A DNA stretch of 54,237 nucleotides, taken from assembly GCA_030167865.1 (NCBI GenBank), contig JALAGF010006085.1, positions 1 through 54,237 on the forward strand, read 5' to 3'. This DNA comes from Craspedostauros australis. Taxonomy: Eukaryota. This document shows, in pieces, positions 43,410-54,237 of the stretch (position 1 is its first letter; each line of letters opens with the position of its first letter). The notes below the pieces were generated by a model. It was not told where the DNA came from. It was given only the letters and a program-made list of their open reading frames with translations, and did not search any database. Made by a program: the position numbers and the translations under genes.

Positions 43410-43993
43410 TTGTATCTGAGCCAAGATGCTCAGGTACATTCACTCACCAAGACAGTAGACATNNNNNNTCATGTGCACATAAGGAGGATGACAAGCAGGG
43501 CCTGACATCCATCCTTCAACTCATTACCATCTTCAGATACCAAGACAGGTATCTGAGCGCCGTTGGGAGTTGCGGGAAATGAGGTCAACAGAGAAAGAGA
43601 AAACGGTTCATGATCAAAAAGTCTCATGCGTGACCTGACACAGTCTACGGAGAACAAGACTAGACATAGACTAAGGNNNNNNNNNNNNNNNNNNNNNNNN
43701 NNNNNNNNNNNNNNNNNNNNNNNNNNTTGTATCTGAGCCAAGATGCTCAGGTACATTCACTCACCAAGACAGTAGACATGTATGTTCATGTGCACATAAG
43801 GAGGATGACAAGCAGGGCCTGACATCCATCCTTCAACTCATTACCATCTTCAGATACCAAGACAGGTATCTGAGCGCCGTTGGGAGTTGCGGGAAATGAG
43901 GTCAACAGAGAAAGAGAAAACGGTTCATGATCAAAAAGTCTCATGCGTGACCTGACACAGTCTACGGAGAACAAGACTAGACATAGACTAAGG
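43410..43993. repeat. 267-bp direct duplication flanking an N gap (43410-43676 = 43727-43993), probably a scaffolding artefact
   Basis: The two copies are identical apart from Ns and abut a 50-N gap. Confidence 0.85.
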
Positions 43994-44677
43994 TGAATAT
44001 AGACTTTTGATCTGATAGCACCCATTCGACGTTCATTTATTACACGAAAGATTGAAATTTTACAAAATGTAATCACCGTTGCGCTTTCATTTTAGCTGTC
44101 TTCGCGCATTGCAGTCAGCCAAACAGCGCTGGTGTCGGTTGTTCATCTCATCCAGCTTCAATGAACTTAGTGCCGCAGGCATGCAATTGTGTCCGTACCT
44201 ACAAGGAATGAGAGACAGACGATAGCGAACCAGATAGCATGGTGCAATCTACTCGTAATAGTACATTCCAACACGGCAGTGGTGACGTTGGTGCCATCCA
44301 TCCGAGAGAAAGCAGCTCTCTACGATTCTATCCCCATGTTAGCTAATCTTCATCGTGTTCCACCAACGCTGCGTTGCTGTCGCTAAGGTCTCCCTATCGT
44401 CAGTCACGAATCCAATGGGATTGATGGGATATGGGACTCAATTCCGCATCATGATTGGCATCCACCAACCAAAACAACGTGAAGGAGAACAACACATCAA
44501 GCCACACGAACGGACATCGGCATCCATGACAACGACAATGATCCAACATACACGAGCACTCAATTGGTATCTCAGCCATCCTCTGAGCCGTCGGCATACC
44601 ACATCCTCTTTGATCAGTTGCTGTTGACATTGCTCCAGAGTACTCGTGCGATAGAGCAGAGTCCTCATCAGTGAGCC

Positions 44678-47600
44678 ATGCGCGTACCGATGATGAGCGC
44701 TGGCCTCCACCTCGTGGCTGGACTATTCTTCACACATCATTTCGAAGCAGCGCATTCATTTATCCCAACAGCGGCGCTGCGTGCACAGAGATACCCGAAT
44801 GATGATGATGTTGATATCATGAGCGGTACCACCAGCAGCGGCAGAATTTACAAACCGTTCGTTGTGAATGCTGTCGTCGATGGGAAATCTCGGAGGTTGG
44901 TTTCTGACCAGGAACCAAGCATCGACGAGAGTTCGAGTACAATCGAAGCCGGCCATCACTGGCAGCGCACATTCCAAAACCTGGACGTCCCGGCGTTGTT
45001 ATCGTTGGTAGCGGACCATTGCGGCACTCGCAGAGGTCGGGATGCGCTGCTTGGAATGCCAGCGGCGGTATCGAGCATCGTAGTCGCAAATAATCCAGAC
45101 ACTGGCAAGAGCGGTCAGCCACGACAAGGAAGACCGCAACGATCCACGCCAATTTCTCCGAAGGAGGTGCTGGCCATGTCACCATTCGCCTTCAGTGCGG
45201 AAGAAGTTGACGATGAGTACATGTATGTTCGTGAAGCATTCGATGCATTAGGTGGTGGCGAGGGTCATCATCGCAATGATGATGGAAACGACGATCGCGA
45301 TGTCCAAGTATTGTATCCGCCACTATATGGCGCCGAATCTGATCCCTTCGATACGTTGAACAATCCCAGAACTGATGACGACGAATGGCTCCATTTTTCA
45401 CAAGCCGACCAATGGACGCTGGAGAATATTCTGCAAGCAGAGCAGGTCACGACAACGTTGCTCAACGTCAAAGCATGGTCCAACGCAGCAGCGACGATCC
45501 ATCGTATGCCAACCATTGCACAGATTGGTTTGCAGATCGATCCATCCGGGAATCTGCGATCCATATCGGAAGATTTGCGCAACGTGGTCAAGGTTGTGCA
45601 ACTACCAACTCAGGTGGCTCAGCAAGGCGGACGTGTAAGTGCGTCGAAAATATGGTGGCGACCATGTCGATGGCGGTGCTCTGGTAATGGTGACAGTACC
45701 ACGAAGGCGCGATTTATGTGCATCGCACGTGTGTGAGAATTGGTACGCACGTCCAAGCTACGGCGTCAGGTCATGCAACCACACTCGTGCAACCGCACTC
45801 ATACAACCATGTTTCGTCCACACCAATTATTGCACACTCGCTACATCTTCTCACTTTCCATGTGCGACACTGTTGTTGTACCGCAATTCAGAGTTTCGAG
45901 TTCCGTCTGAACACGGAGAGGTTTCCAGTCTTGAGGCTATTGAAAGACAAGGAAGCAGTGCTGTTGAGCCAAGGTGCGAAAGAATTTGATTCGCAACTCG
46001 TCGAATTGCAAAGTGAGATTGATCTAACTTCGCAACAAATCGTTTCATCGCTGGTGTACATGGTGGAGGGAGTCTTCACGGATATCACAGCATCCCTCAA
46101 CAGCATGGCGCGCTTGGATGTTATCTTCGCCAAGGCAGCATTCGGTGTGGCCTTTGACGGGGTGCTTCCGACATCGGCTGCATCTGTGACATCTCCTGAT
46201 CAGAAAGGGAATGGCAGCATAGAGGTGCCAGATTTTGTTCACCCCATCCTCCTCTCTCGTCGCAACACCCAGGGAGGACAGAGAATATACCCCGTGGATT
46301 TGCAACTTAACGACGACCGGCCATTGTTCATAAGTGGTCCCAATGGTGGTGGCAAAACCTTGATCCTCAAATCCTTCGGATTGGTCGCCATCATGAGCAG
46401 ATTGGGCATTCCCATTCCGGTCCGTCCTGAAACCAGTGTCAGGCGGAGGCGCCTTGGCTACCAGCGCAACAACGTCGATGGCAACGGAAACCGAGCCACC
46501 AGTGACAATGATACGCCAACGCCACAGGTCCGCATCGATTACTTCGACGCAGTCTTTACAGACATCGGCGACGCCCAGAGCATCATGGAAGGGGAATCCA
46601 CTTGGACATCCAAGCTTCGCTTGTTTTCGACCATGCTGCAACATGCGGAGCACAAGCAAAGCAACAATACGGATCACACGCTCTATTTGCTGGACGAACT
46701 TGGCAGCGGGACGGATCCCGATGCTGGCGGTGCAATTTGTCGAGCGGTGGTCGAGGAACTGATAGATCTTGCCACCACATCCCGACTTGTGGCAACTACA
46801 CACATCCCGTCACTCAAGACGCTGTCTTTCCAGAGCGAACATTTCAACTGCGCCAGCGTCAAAGTGATGCAAGTCAACGGCGATACGTCGCAGGTCTCTG
46901 GATTCGGACTGCAGTATGGCATCATTGGTGACTCGTTTGCCTTGGGGGCCGTTGCAAGGATAAGCCCAGCTTTCTCGGAATCCTTCGTGTCACGAGCTAC
47001 GGCATATTACGGACAGCGGGTTAGGACGACGGGCGATGTTCAGTGGCAGCCCGATGTTGCTTCAGATGGCGCGGAAACAGCCGAAGCGACGAAACGCCAA
47101 TCTGAATCATCGAATTACATGCTGGCGTTGGCCGAATCGTTGGAGATCGAATTGGAAACGGCCCGCGAAACGAGGCAGCAGCAGGAGGAACTGATGCGCG
47201 ACGTCTTGAATTGCCGCACCGCCATGATGTCCATGGCCAATGCGTACGACGAGTACTTCGAAAAGCTCAACACAAAGCTAGAATCCATGTACATGCAATT
47301 GCAAGGCAGCGAAGACCCGAATGCTTTCGAGACGGTCGGCGCCACCCTCACACAGCTCCAGCTTGCGCGCAAGAAGGTACGAAGTCAAAAGGATGTTCTG
47401 AAGGAAAAGGGGCTGAGAATGGTGCGATTTGACGAAGCGTTGGCAGTCGGCCAGTCTGTCGTGCTATTCGAAGAGGGCGGGTTGGAAGAAATGATGGTGG
47501 ACGTCGTTGCGGATTCTCTGACTGACCTTTCCGTCGAATCCGGAATGGTGCAGGTGACGATGTCCGGCATGGGCGCCGGTGAGGACGCAATGATGGACGG

Positions 47601-47925
47601 TGGCCGATCCGTTCTAACAGTCGAGAGGCAGAACATCGCAATGTGGGATTACGACGATCTCTGGAAAGATGGCTTCGACAACTCCTTGGCCATGAAAGCT
47701 GCCACGATGAGAGCAGCGAGCATCACGGAATCAAGACGCAACCTCCAGTCTGCATTTTCACGCTTGGGATCCAACGAACTTAAACTGGCATCCAAGCCTC
47801 GCTCCCATTCTTCCAACGGTGCATCGTCGAAAAGCACAGAAAGCATCGGGTCCTACTCCTCATCGAGACAGCGCAAGGCCGCCAAGAAGAAGACAAAAGC
47901 AAAGACGAAGGGAAAGAAAAAGTGA
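44678..47925 (+). CDS. MutS2-like ATPase (MutS domain V), probably plastid-targeted, no Smr domain seen; join(44678..45634,45892..47925), about 996 aa
   Basis: Walker A ISGPNGGGKTLILKSFGL, DIGDAQSI..ESTW, LLDELGSGTDPDAGGA, VATTH, ARLDVIFAKA and FVHPIL. Phase-0 intron from gtaagt (45635) to ttcag (45891). N-terminal signal ends AHS-F. Confidence 0.9.
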
Positions 47926-48571
47926 TCTTACTTTGAGCAATACACGGTGCTGCAGGTCGTAGAGAGAGCATTGTGTGTGGGTGTGCGCTGGGGCGCGTAT
48001 TCGCGTAAGAATGCCAATGCAAATGGCAGTGTTGGGTCTACCACATTAGATGATGGAGGTATGTGTTCAATACAGTTGCATGAATCCATGTTGGGCACGT
48101 TGAGCTGAATGATCTCCTCTTTACCATGCCATATGGTACCATACCGTACCATTTGGCACGTACCGCACTCCAATTGTAGCTCAAGTACACCGAATCCGTA
48201 CATTCGTGGACAGATCATCTCTTGCTTCGTGGTAGACTCTCTATGGATCATATTTTACGTCTGTTTGCCAGCACGATGGTTCTCGGCGCACAACCAACAA
48301 AACTGGTTTCATGTGAGCATCGATCACGCTCACAGTAAAACCAAGAGCATCACAACGCACCACAGAACATGAGACCAACTCGACCATGATGTGTTCCAAG
48401 AATTGAGCAATCAACTCCATCGGTACCTTGAAGCATCAAAGAGGACGCACGATAGGAGATAGAACAAGGAGGATCTCATCAAAGTATTATCGAGAGTAGC
48501 CGACATTGGCATACTTGTGTATTGCCTTCTCTACCGCGGTCCCATTTCCCCCGTTTGAATAGAATCAGACG

Positions 48572-49606
48572 ATGCCGAAACCAAAGGTGGCCCTGATCAA
48601 CGGGTACTTGCCCGTGCGCGTGCTGCTGCCGTCCAAGCTGCTCAGCAACAACGACAGCGACACGACGACGCAATCGACCTTCTTCTACGTGCGGGAGCAC
48701 CACGCTGCCAAGCACGCGCAGGACAAGGCCAAATCGAACGGCGCGACGCTGTTCGTGGCCAACGCGCCCATCGTTCCAGGCGTGTCGACGGAGCTGCTGC
48801 TGAAGTCGTTGCTGGGACGCGCGGCCGATGTGGCGTGTGTGACGGTCGTCGAACGACCCAGGAAGCAGACTGCGCATCGCACGCAGGATCAGCCCTGGAC
48901 GTCGAAGCTGTCGGATCCGTCCTTCTTGCCCCACGTCTATTCGGAAGGCAAGTTCGCGCACGTCATATACAAGAATCCAAAGGACATGAAGCGGGCGCTG
49001 CGCGATCTGCAGCAGCAGACCTTGCGCGATGTCACGCTGGACGAGATCGAGATTCAAACCTTGGCCGACACGTCTCATCATCGTCTGCAGACGGCGCGGA
49101 CGTTGCAGTTGCGACGAAGTGGCGGTGACAGCGGCGGCGACGACGATGACAATGATGAGCCATCGGCGCGATCCATGACGGGCGTGCTGGCCGTTGCACA
49201 GCAGTACATGTCCAGCTGCCGGCTGATCGAACGCCCCGTGCTTATGAAGGAGTGTGATGCCATCATGCGAACGTACGAGCAGTCGGAAATCACCAAGAAA
49301 CGCATGCAGGAGAAGCTTCGCAACCGACCGGATGATGATGGATTCGTGACGGTGTCGTACTCGTCCGCGGTCGGGACGAAGGCGGAGATGGAGCAAAGCG
49401 AGGTGGGCATATCGCGTCGCAAGGGCGGCAAGCGGAGCCGCAAGACGAACAAGCAGAAATCGGGATCATCCGAACTGGATGACTTTTATCGGTTCCAACG
49501 CAAGGAGCAGCGCAAACGGACGTTGGATGAGCTGCGGGATCAGTTCGAGGAGGATTTGAAGCAGGTCAAGCGCATGAAGGAGGAGAAGCAGTATCGACCG
49601 TTCTAA
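48572..49606 (+). CDS. RRP7: Ribosomal RNA-processing protein 7
   Basis: N-terminal RRM-like TLFVANAP. C-terminal RRP7 signatures PDDDGFVTV and DFYRFQRKEQRK..LDELRDQFEED..VKRMK...YRPF. Confidence 0.93.
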   Translation: MPKPKVALINGYLPVRVLLPSKLLSNNDSDTTTQSTFFYVREHHAAKHAQDKAKSNGATLFVANAPIVPGVSTELLLKSLLGRAADVACVTVVERPRKQTAHRTQDQPWTSKLSDPSFLPHVYSEGKFAHVIYKNPKDMKRALRDLQQQTLRDVTLDEIEIQTLADTSHHRLQTARTLQLRRSGGDSGGDDDDNDEPSARSMTGVLAVAQQYMSSCRLIERPVLMKECDAIMRTYEQSEITKKRMQEKLRNRPDDDGFVTVSYSSAVGTKAEMEQSEVGISRRKGGKRSRKTNKQKSGSSELDDFYRFQRKEQRKRTLDELRDQFEEDLKQVKRMKEEKQYRPF

Positions 49607-51880
49607 TTCGACGTTGGTATTGAGATGAGAGAGGCTCTCTAGCTTGGACGTGCCGTCCTTGAATGATACTGAGGTGCTGCCTTGCTTTCATGCTTCGCTC
49701 ATTACGAATGACCAAAAGCAAGCAAGCAAGTGCGCAGTATCACATGGTATGGCACATGATGTGTGTACCCAACATCTAAAATAGTACGACAAACCTCAAG
49801 CGAGTATGAGTAGTACTTGGTGGTACAGTATCTCGATTCCTGTACTCCGCCATTGACAGTTCCACATGTAATCGCATCATTGATTGCAATCTGATTCGTG
49901 ATGCAGTCGGCACACAAATCTCTCCTTGGGTGGTCAGGCTGGACCGACGATGACTACGGATGCTGCCGAACCTTTGGATTGCATTTAGACTTTCGTCTTG
50001 TGTGGTGACGGCAGAGTTCGTTGTTCCTGTTCAGAGTTGTATGATATAATAGTATGCACGCGCGACGTCGTGCCCGCGGCTGTACATCGGCGGGGACTCA
50101 ATGCATCATGTTGCGCTGTCTTCCAATACCAATAGTGAGATGATTACACGGACCGCACATGGAACACTTCGTTTCTCCACCCGGTGCTTCGGAGAGACGT
50201 TGGATCCACACCATGGACATCACATGTTGCTATCCACAAAAATTACGAGAAATTGTGAGCTGTTCAGCATCCTTGCCGATTTTAGAAACCCCATTAATGG
50301 AAAATGAGGTGATCACGATGTGTGTTGAGTGTCGTTGTTGTTGTTGCGGACATGTGCCTCACTTGTGGATGGATTTGTCCTGGCGCCATTATTTAGTTTC
50401 ACGAAGCGCGCCAAACAACATCCCTCGCCCAGGCATCCATCCTGCTTTGTCGAGCTCAATGAGGAGAGTATAGTAGTCGTATTGGGACTGTACGCATGAG
50501 TGCTTCACATTCACTTCCAATCCTTCGTCTCCCTCTCTTTTCAGGTTGGCGTCCATGTCGTTGCGTTCCTGGTTGTCCCTTCCCTCCCCTCTCTTGACTT
50601 TGAACTCTCGTTGGCTCTCTGGTCTTGGAGGGAGTCGTCCGAGGCGCTCATAAAATCCAATGTCGTGTGCGTGGCATGTGTGGTGGTCATGATTTATTCA
50701 CCGCTCCATTGCTCGTTCATTGGACGTTGCATAAGCAGAGGGATGTCCTACAAGACACGAAATGCACGTGCCAAACGATTCGAACCATAGTGCGGATGCC
50801 ATTTGAAATCGGCCCGCGCGACAAGACACATGAGCACCTGGCCAGCAACTCCTTCAATTTTCTCCCCTCAGAATTTTGGCCGTTCCTGCCTGAACATGCG
50901 ATACTGATACGAACATTCGGCGGGTTGTCACGTCGCGGCTGCTGCGTTTGTCCATTGTGGGGAACGAGAATAGCGACTGCAACGGATGCAATCTCCGCAA
51001 CGCGCTTCCATGCCCATTCCACCATCGTCGCCACGATTGCCATCGTCTCTGCCATCGTCCTTCTCATCGTCGAAGAGAGGCGAAGTGCCGGCATCCAACC
51101 ATCCCTCCCACTGCATCCTACTCTATTGTACCCTGTTGTACTCTCCCACTACTATACCCGATCTGTCCACCAACGCATCCATCGGCGTTGGTCCCTTCAA
51201 ATACGTTTTTGGTGATGGCCATTGCCGTGGTCTTGACCATTCACATCCCAGACAGCACCCATCCTTATCATCGATAGCAGCAGCAGCAGCAGCAGCAGCA
51301 TCGCTGTTCTCGTCACAGTTGCAGTTGTCGGCATTCCCAATACGACTGCCAGTGCAACTGCGAGTATCATTGCTCAACTCAGCACACAACAAGCAAGCAA
51401 GCAAACAAACACTCACCACTCCGCCATACCGTACTGACACAAAGAGCAACCAGCCACAGTTGCATCGGCAACTCCCCACGTCAACATGGTGCTCAAGTTT
51501 GTAAAGTCCTTTGTGAGACGGACAAAGTACTTGGTAAGAGGAACAATATGATGGGATGCGTTCGTGCGTTCGTGCGTTGTATAACATGCACCATGCACCA
51601 TGCGCTGTGGCCGATGAAGCAGATGTGTGTGGTCACGGATGTTGTGCAATGTTATGCTATGCTATGCTATGCTATGCTGCGTACACTTGTACTCGTATGG
51701 TGCAACCAACCAGCATTCCCTCACACGCGTCGTTGCTCTTTCCCATGACTCCACCTGCTTCGATATTGCACCATACTTACTTCGTCATCGCCGCAGTGCA
51801 CACGCAAGGAAGATGATGTCGTCACAAACAACTTTCCGTCCGAGATAGAAGGCAGAGGTCCCAGCAACTCTGCGAACCGC

Positions 51881-53431
51881 ATGCTGCTGCGGCGCAGAAA
51901 GCAGACGGCGCAGTACACAGCCGATTGCTTGGGCAGCGAGGTCATACAGCTGCGCCAAGATGAAAGCTGGGATGTATCGCCCGCATTGGATTTGGAAGGA
52001 CACATCGGTGCACCACAAGCGTCATTCCGCCTGCAAAGCTTGGAGATCGGTTGGAGCCACGATGACATGATGCAGTTGCAACAAGCCGACTATGATTCAG
52101 CTTTGTTATCGAGCAAAGGGCGCACCAAATCAGCAGCAGCCCAAGACGGAAAGAACCGCCACCAACGCAATCGACACCAGCAACGCCAACACCGGCAACA
52201 GCATCAGCAGAGCTCACCGCAGATTCTGTTGCCGCAACGGCAGCAGTACTCAGCATCAAAATGGAGCAAAGCGCAATGGAAGAAGCTAGGTGATGACGGT
52301 GGAGGCCATCACAACGCACCGCGCGGTCAGTTACCGGCGATGCCAACACAACCAAGGGACAGCGGAAGCCAACTTCCGAACATTCGCATCGCACGTCGTC
52401 AGCAACCTCAGGCAACCGCGTCTCCGACGAAGCACACCACCACTTCGGAGGCAATTACCGATCTCCCGGCGCAGCGTCAGGACCATGGTCTGCTCGGATC
52501 AACGACTGATCAGAAACGACCAAGCATTGCGGCGACGGAGCCGGAATCGCCATCCTCGCGCGCATCATCGACGCAATCACCAGCGTCGTCACCATCGGCC
52601 GAGACCAGGCACGCCCACAACTTTTCACCAACACCCGCGCCACTCCGGTGCCCCGCACACAGTCCTCTCCGGCAGCAGAATGCAGCACGATCAACGACTC
52701 CAATCCGGGCATTCACGCCACCGCCGGTTCGCGAAATCCGCGGTCACAAGCGCGACGAGTCCAGTGTGAGCAACTCCTCGGATGTCAGCTGTTTGACATT
52801 CGACAGATCGCTCAACTCCCCGAGTGATGACGAACGACTCAACAAGTACATGAAGTACCTGCTTGAGAAGGGCGTCGAGAATGGGATGCCCACGAGCGTC
52901 ATCCAGAAGATTTCCTTCGAAGGATTGAAGGGCGCGGATGCGGCGAACACCAATGCGACTGCCACCACCAACACCAACGCTACTAACGCTATCGTGGCAG
53001 CACCAACAACAACAACGGCAACGGCACAATCCGCGCAGCCTGCAGCAGCCCAGCCCAACCGAATGAGCAAGTCGGGATCGCAGCGTGCCTGCCACGTCCT
53101 GCTGATCGAACCGCGACACAGAGTGTTCGAGATCGTCCACGTGCCCTACGAACCGGAAAGCTTCACGTTGGAGGACATCCTCAAGCTGATCCCGCAACGT
53201 GCCAGCGACCGCCGATTGGCCCTGCAGAAATACTCTGGCGTCGCCATGCACGGGATTCACGTCAGCGCTGCCTCCGTCCCCTTGGACGTGCTGCTGGAGT
53301 CGCATCCAGATTGTGCGCGCAAACCTGTCGTCGCTGTCCCTGAAGGATATAGCGTCGAACAGGTGGACACCTTCCTCAAGGAGCTGCTGCGCATCCCGCG
53401 TCTTCAGCAGTTCTTTCAGGATGTGTGGTGA
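51881..53431 (+). CDS. Hypothetical protein: disordered S/P/Q-rich N-terminus plus a compact C-terminal domain
   Basis: 516-aa ORF. The C-terminal HVLLIEPRHRVFEIVHVPY..TLEDILKLIP..RLALQKYSGV..VVAVPEGYS looks globular and resembles a diatom-type conserved domain (recalled). Start is uncertain. Confidence 0.75.
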   Translation: MLLRRRKQTAQYTADCLGSEVIQLRQDESWDVSPALDLEGHIGAPQASFRLQSLEIGWSHDDMMQLQQADYDSALLSSKGRTKSAAAQDGKNRHQRNRHQQRQHRQQHQQSSPQILLPQRQQYSASKWSKAQWKKLGDDGGGHHNAPRGQLPAMPTQPRDSGSQLPNIRIARRQQPQATASPTKHTTTSEAITDLPAQRQDHGLLGSTTDQKRPSIAATEPESPSSRASSTQSPASSPSAETRHAHNFSPTPAPLRCPAHSPLRQQNAARSTTPIRAFTPPPVREIRGHKRDESSVSNSSDVSCLTFDRSLNSPSDDERLNKYMKYLLEKGVENGMPTSVIQKISFEGLKGADAANTNATATTNTNATNAIVAAPTTTTATAQSAQPAAAQPNRMSKSGSQRACHVLLIEPRHRVFEIVHVPYEPESFTLEDILKLIPQRASDRRLALQKYSGVAMHGIHVSAASVPLDVLLESHPDCARKPVVAVPEGYSVEQVDTFLKELLRIPRLQQFFQDVW

Positions 53432-53947
53432 TTGTGAGGAACGATTGTTCTTGATGTATAAGTGAGTTTGTGTACAAGCATGCAAGAGTGCACAGTCGTT
53501 CGTTCGTTCGAGAGAGAGAGAGACGAAGACAGAAAGAAGCTACATGATGTTGAAGACTCTTCACGGACTCGATGCTCTGGAATTGATCCACTGGATAGGA
53601 GAAGAGATGCTTGGTTAAAGATCTCTGCCATGAAGACGTGCATCCGCATAACATGAATTACAGTAGATTTGTTAGATACAGAGACCGCGCAGAGTGATGC
53701 ATAGTATTATATGATATTATCTGAGGAGATCATAATTCTGCTTTGCATCTCGGAACATGCTCACAGTTCTTCATCTCACGGAAGCAAGGAGCCCTCTGAC
53801 ACACCAGAGCACGGATGTGACGGAAGCGACGGCACGACGATGTCGCCAGCAACCTCCACGAAACGATCGGTTGTTCTACCCCGAAACGGTGCAAGTATTT
53901 GTCGAACATATCCATAATGATTTTGGCCTGGTACTGGCCTACGTGGC

Positions 53948-54025
53948 TTGTCTCCCCAGGCAAATTGGAGGTGCAATTTGTCTCCACAGGCAAATTGGGG
54001 TCCATTTGTCTCCACAGACAAACTG
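53948..54025. repeat. Three short direct repeats ttgtctcc(c/a)cag(g/a)caaa at 28-30 bp spacing
   Basis: Copies at 53948, 53978 and 54006. Confidence 0.8.
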
Positions 54026-54237
54026 CGACTCAACGGACTAGCCCAAATACGCTTTACGAGAAGCCGTTTTTTTTTCAAACCCTTTTTCGCTGGCCAGGTC
54101 GACTCACGACATGCCTCATGTGTTAAATTTATAATTATCGTTGCAGTTGTGGTAATTGAACAAACAATGATCATGCGTCGTGCTCCACCCTCCTTGTTGT
54201 GTTACACCGTTGCCAGGATTTTGGTGTTGTTGTCAGG

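Noticed and set aside
48479..49396. 305-aa minus-strand ORF
   Set aside because: It is the antisense shadow of RRP7.
49700..51850. Several 60-196-aa ORFs between RRP7 and the last gene
   Set aside because: No domains or coding bias; likely intergenic or UTR sequence.
1..54237. tRNA or rRNA genes
   Set aside because: No cloverleaf with a T-loop/B-box context and no rRNA-like segment was seen by eye. tRNAscan-SE/Infernal would be needed to exclude them.

Overview
Eukaryotic draft-assembly window (several N gaps), most likely a diatom. That is an inference from the short GT-AG introns, bipartite signal+Phe plastid-targeting N-termini, PTxx mucin-like repeats and diatom-type hypothetical families; the species cannot be determined from the sequence. 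The left ~5.9 kb is repeat/transposon DNA: a 122-bp tandem array, a ~183-225-bp tandem array with internal inverted repeats, and a CpG-depleted, frameshifted PIF/Harbinger-type transposase pseudogene. The rest is gene-rich: a WSCD-like sulfotransferase, a ~2000-aa Q-rich/MDR-domain fusion, a METTL21-like methyltransferase, two paralogous type-I membrane proteins sharing a cytosolic motif, an ALKBH6-like dioxygenase, NDUFB10, a plastid-targeted conserved protein, a papain-family protease carrying a 44-aa His/Lys tract and 25 PTxx repeats, a bZIP factor, a MutS2-like ATPase lacking Smr, RRP7 and several hypotheticals. The top finding is a two-exon gene (27255-27972, minus) that the ORF track misses. 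Splicing creates Y-C-R-N-(UGA)-D-G-G, a CxxU redox motif at the N-terminus of a 97-aa Rdx/SelW-like protein. It is very probably an unannotated selenoprotein; only imperfect SECIS candidates were found in its 3' UTR.
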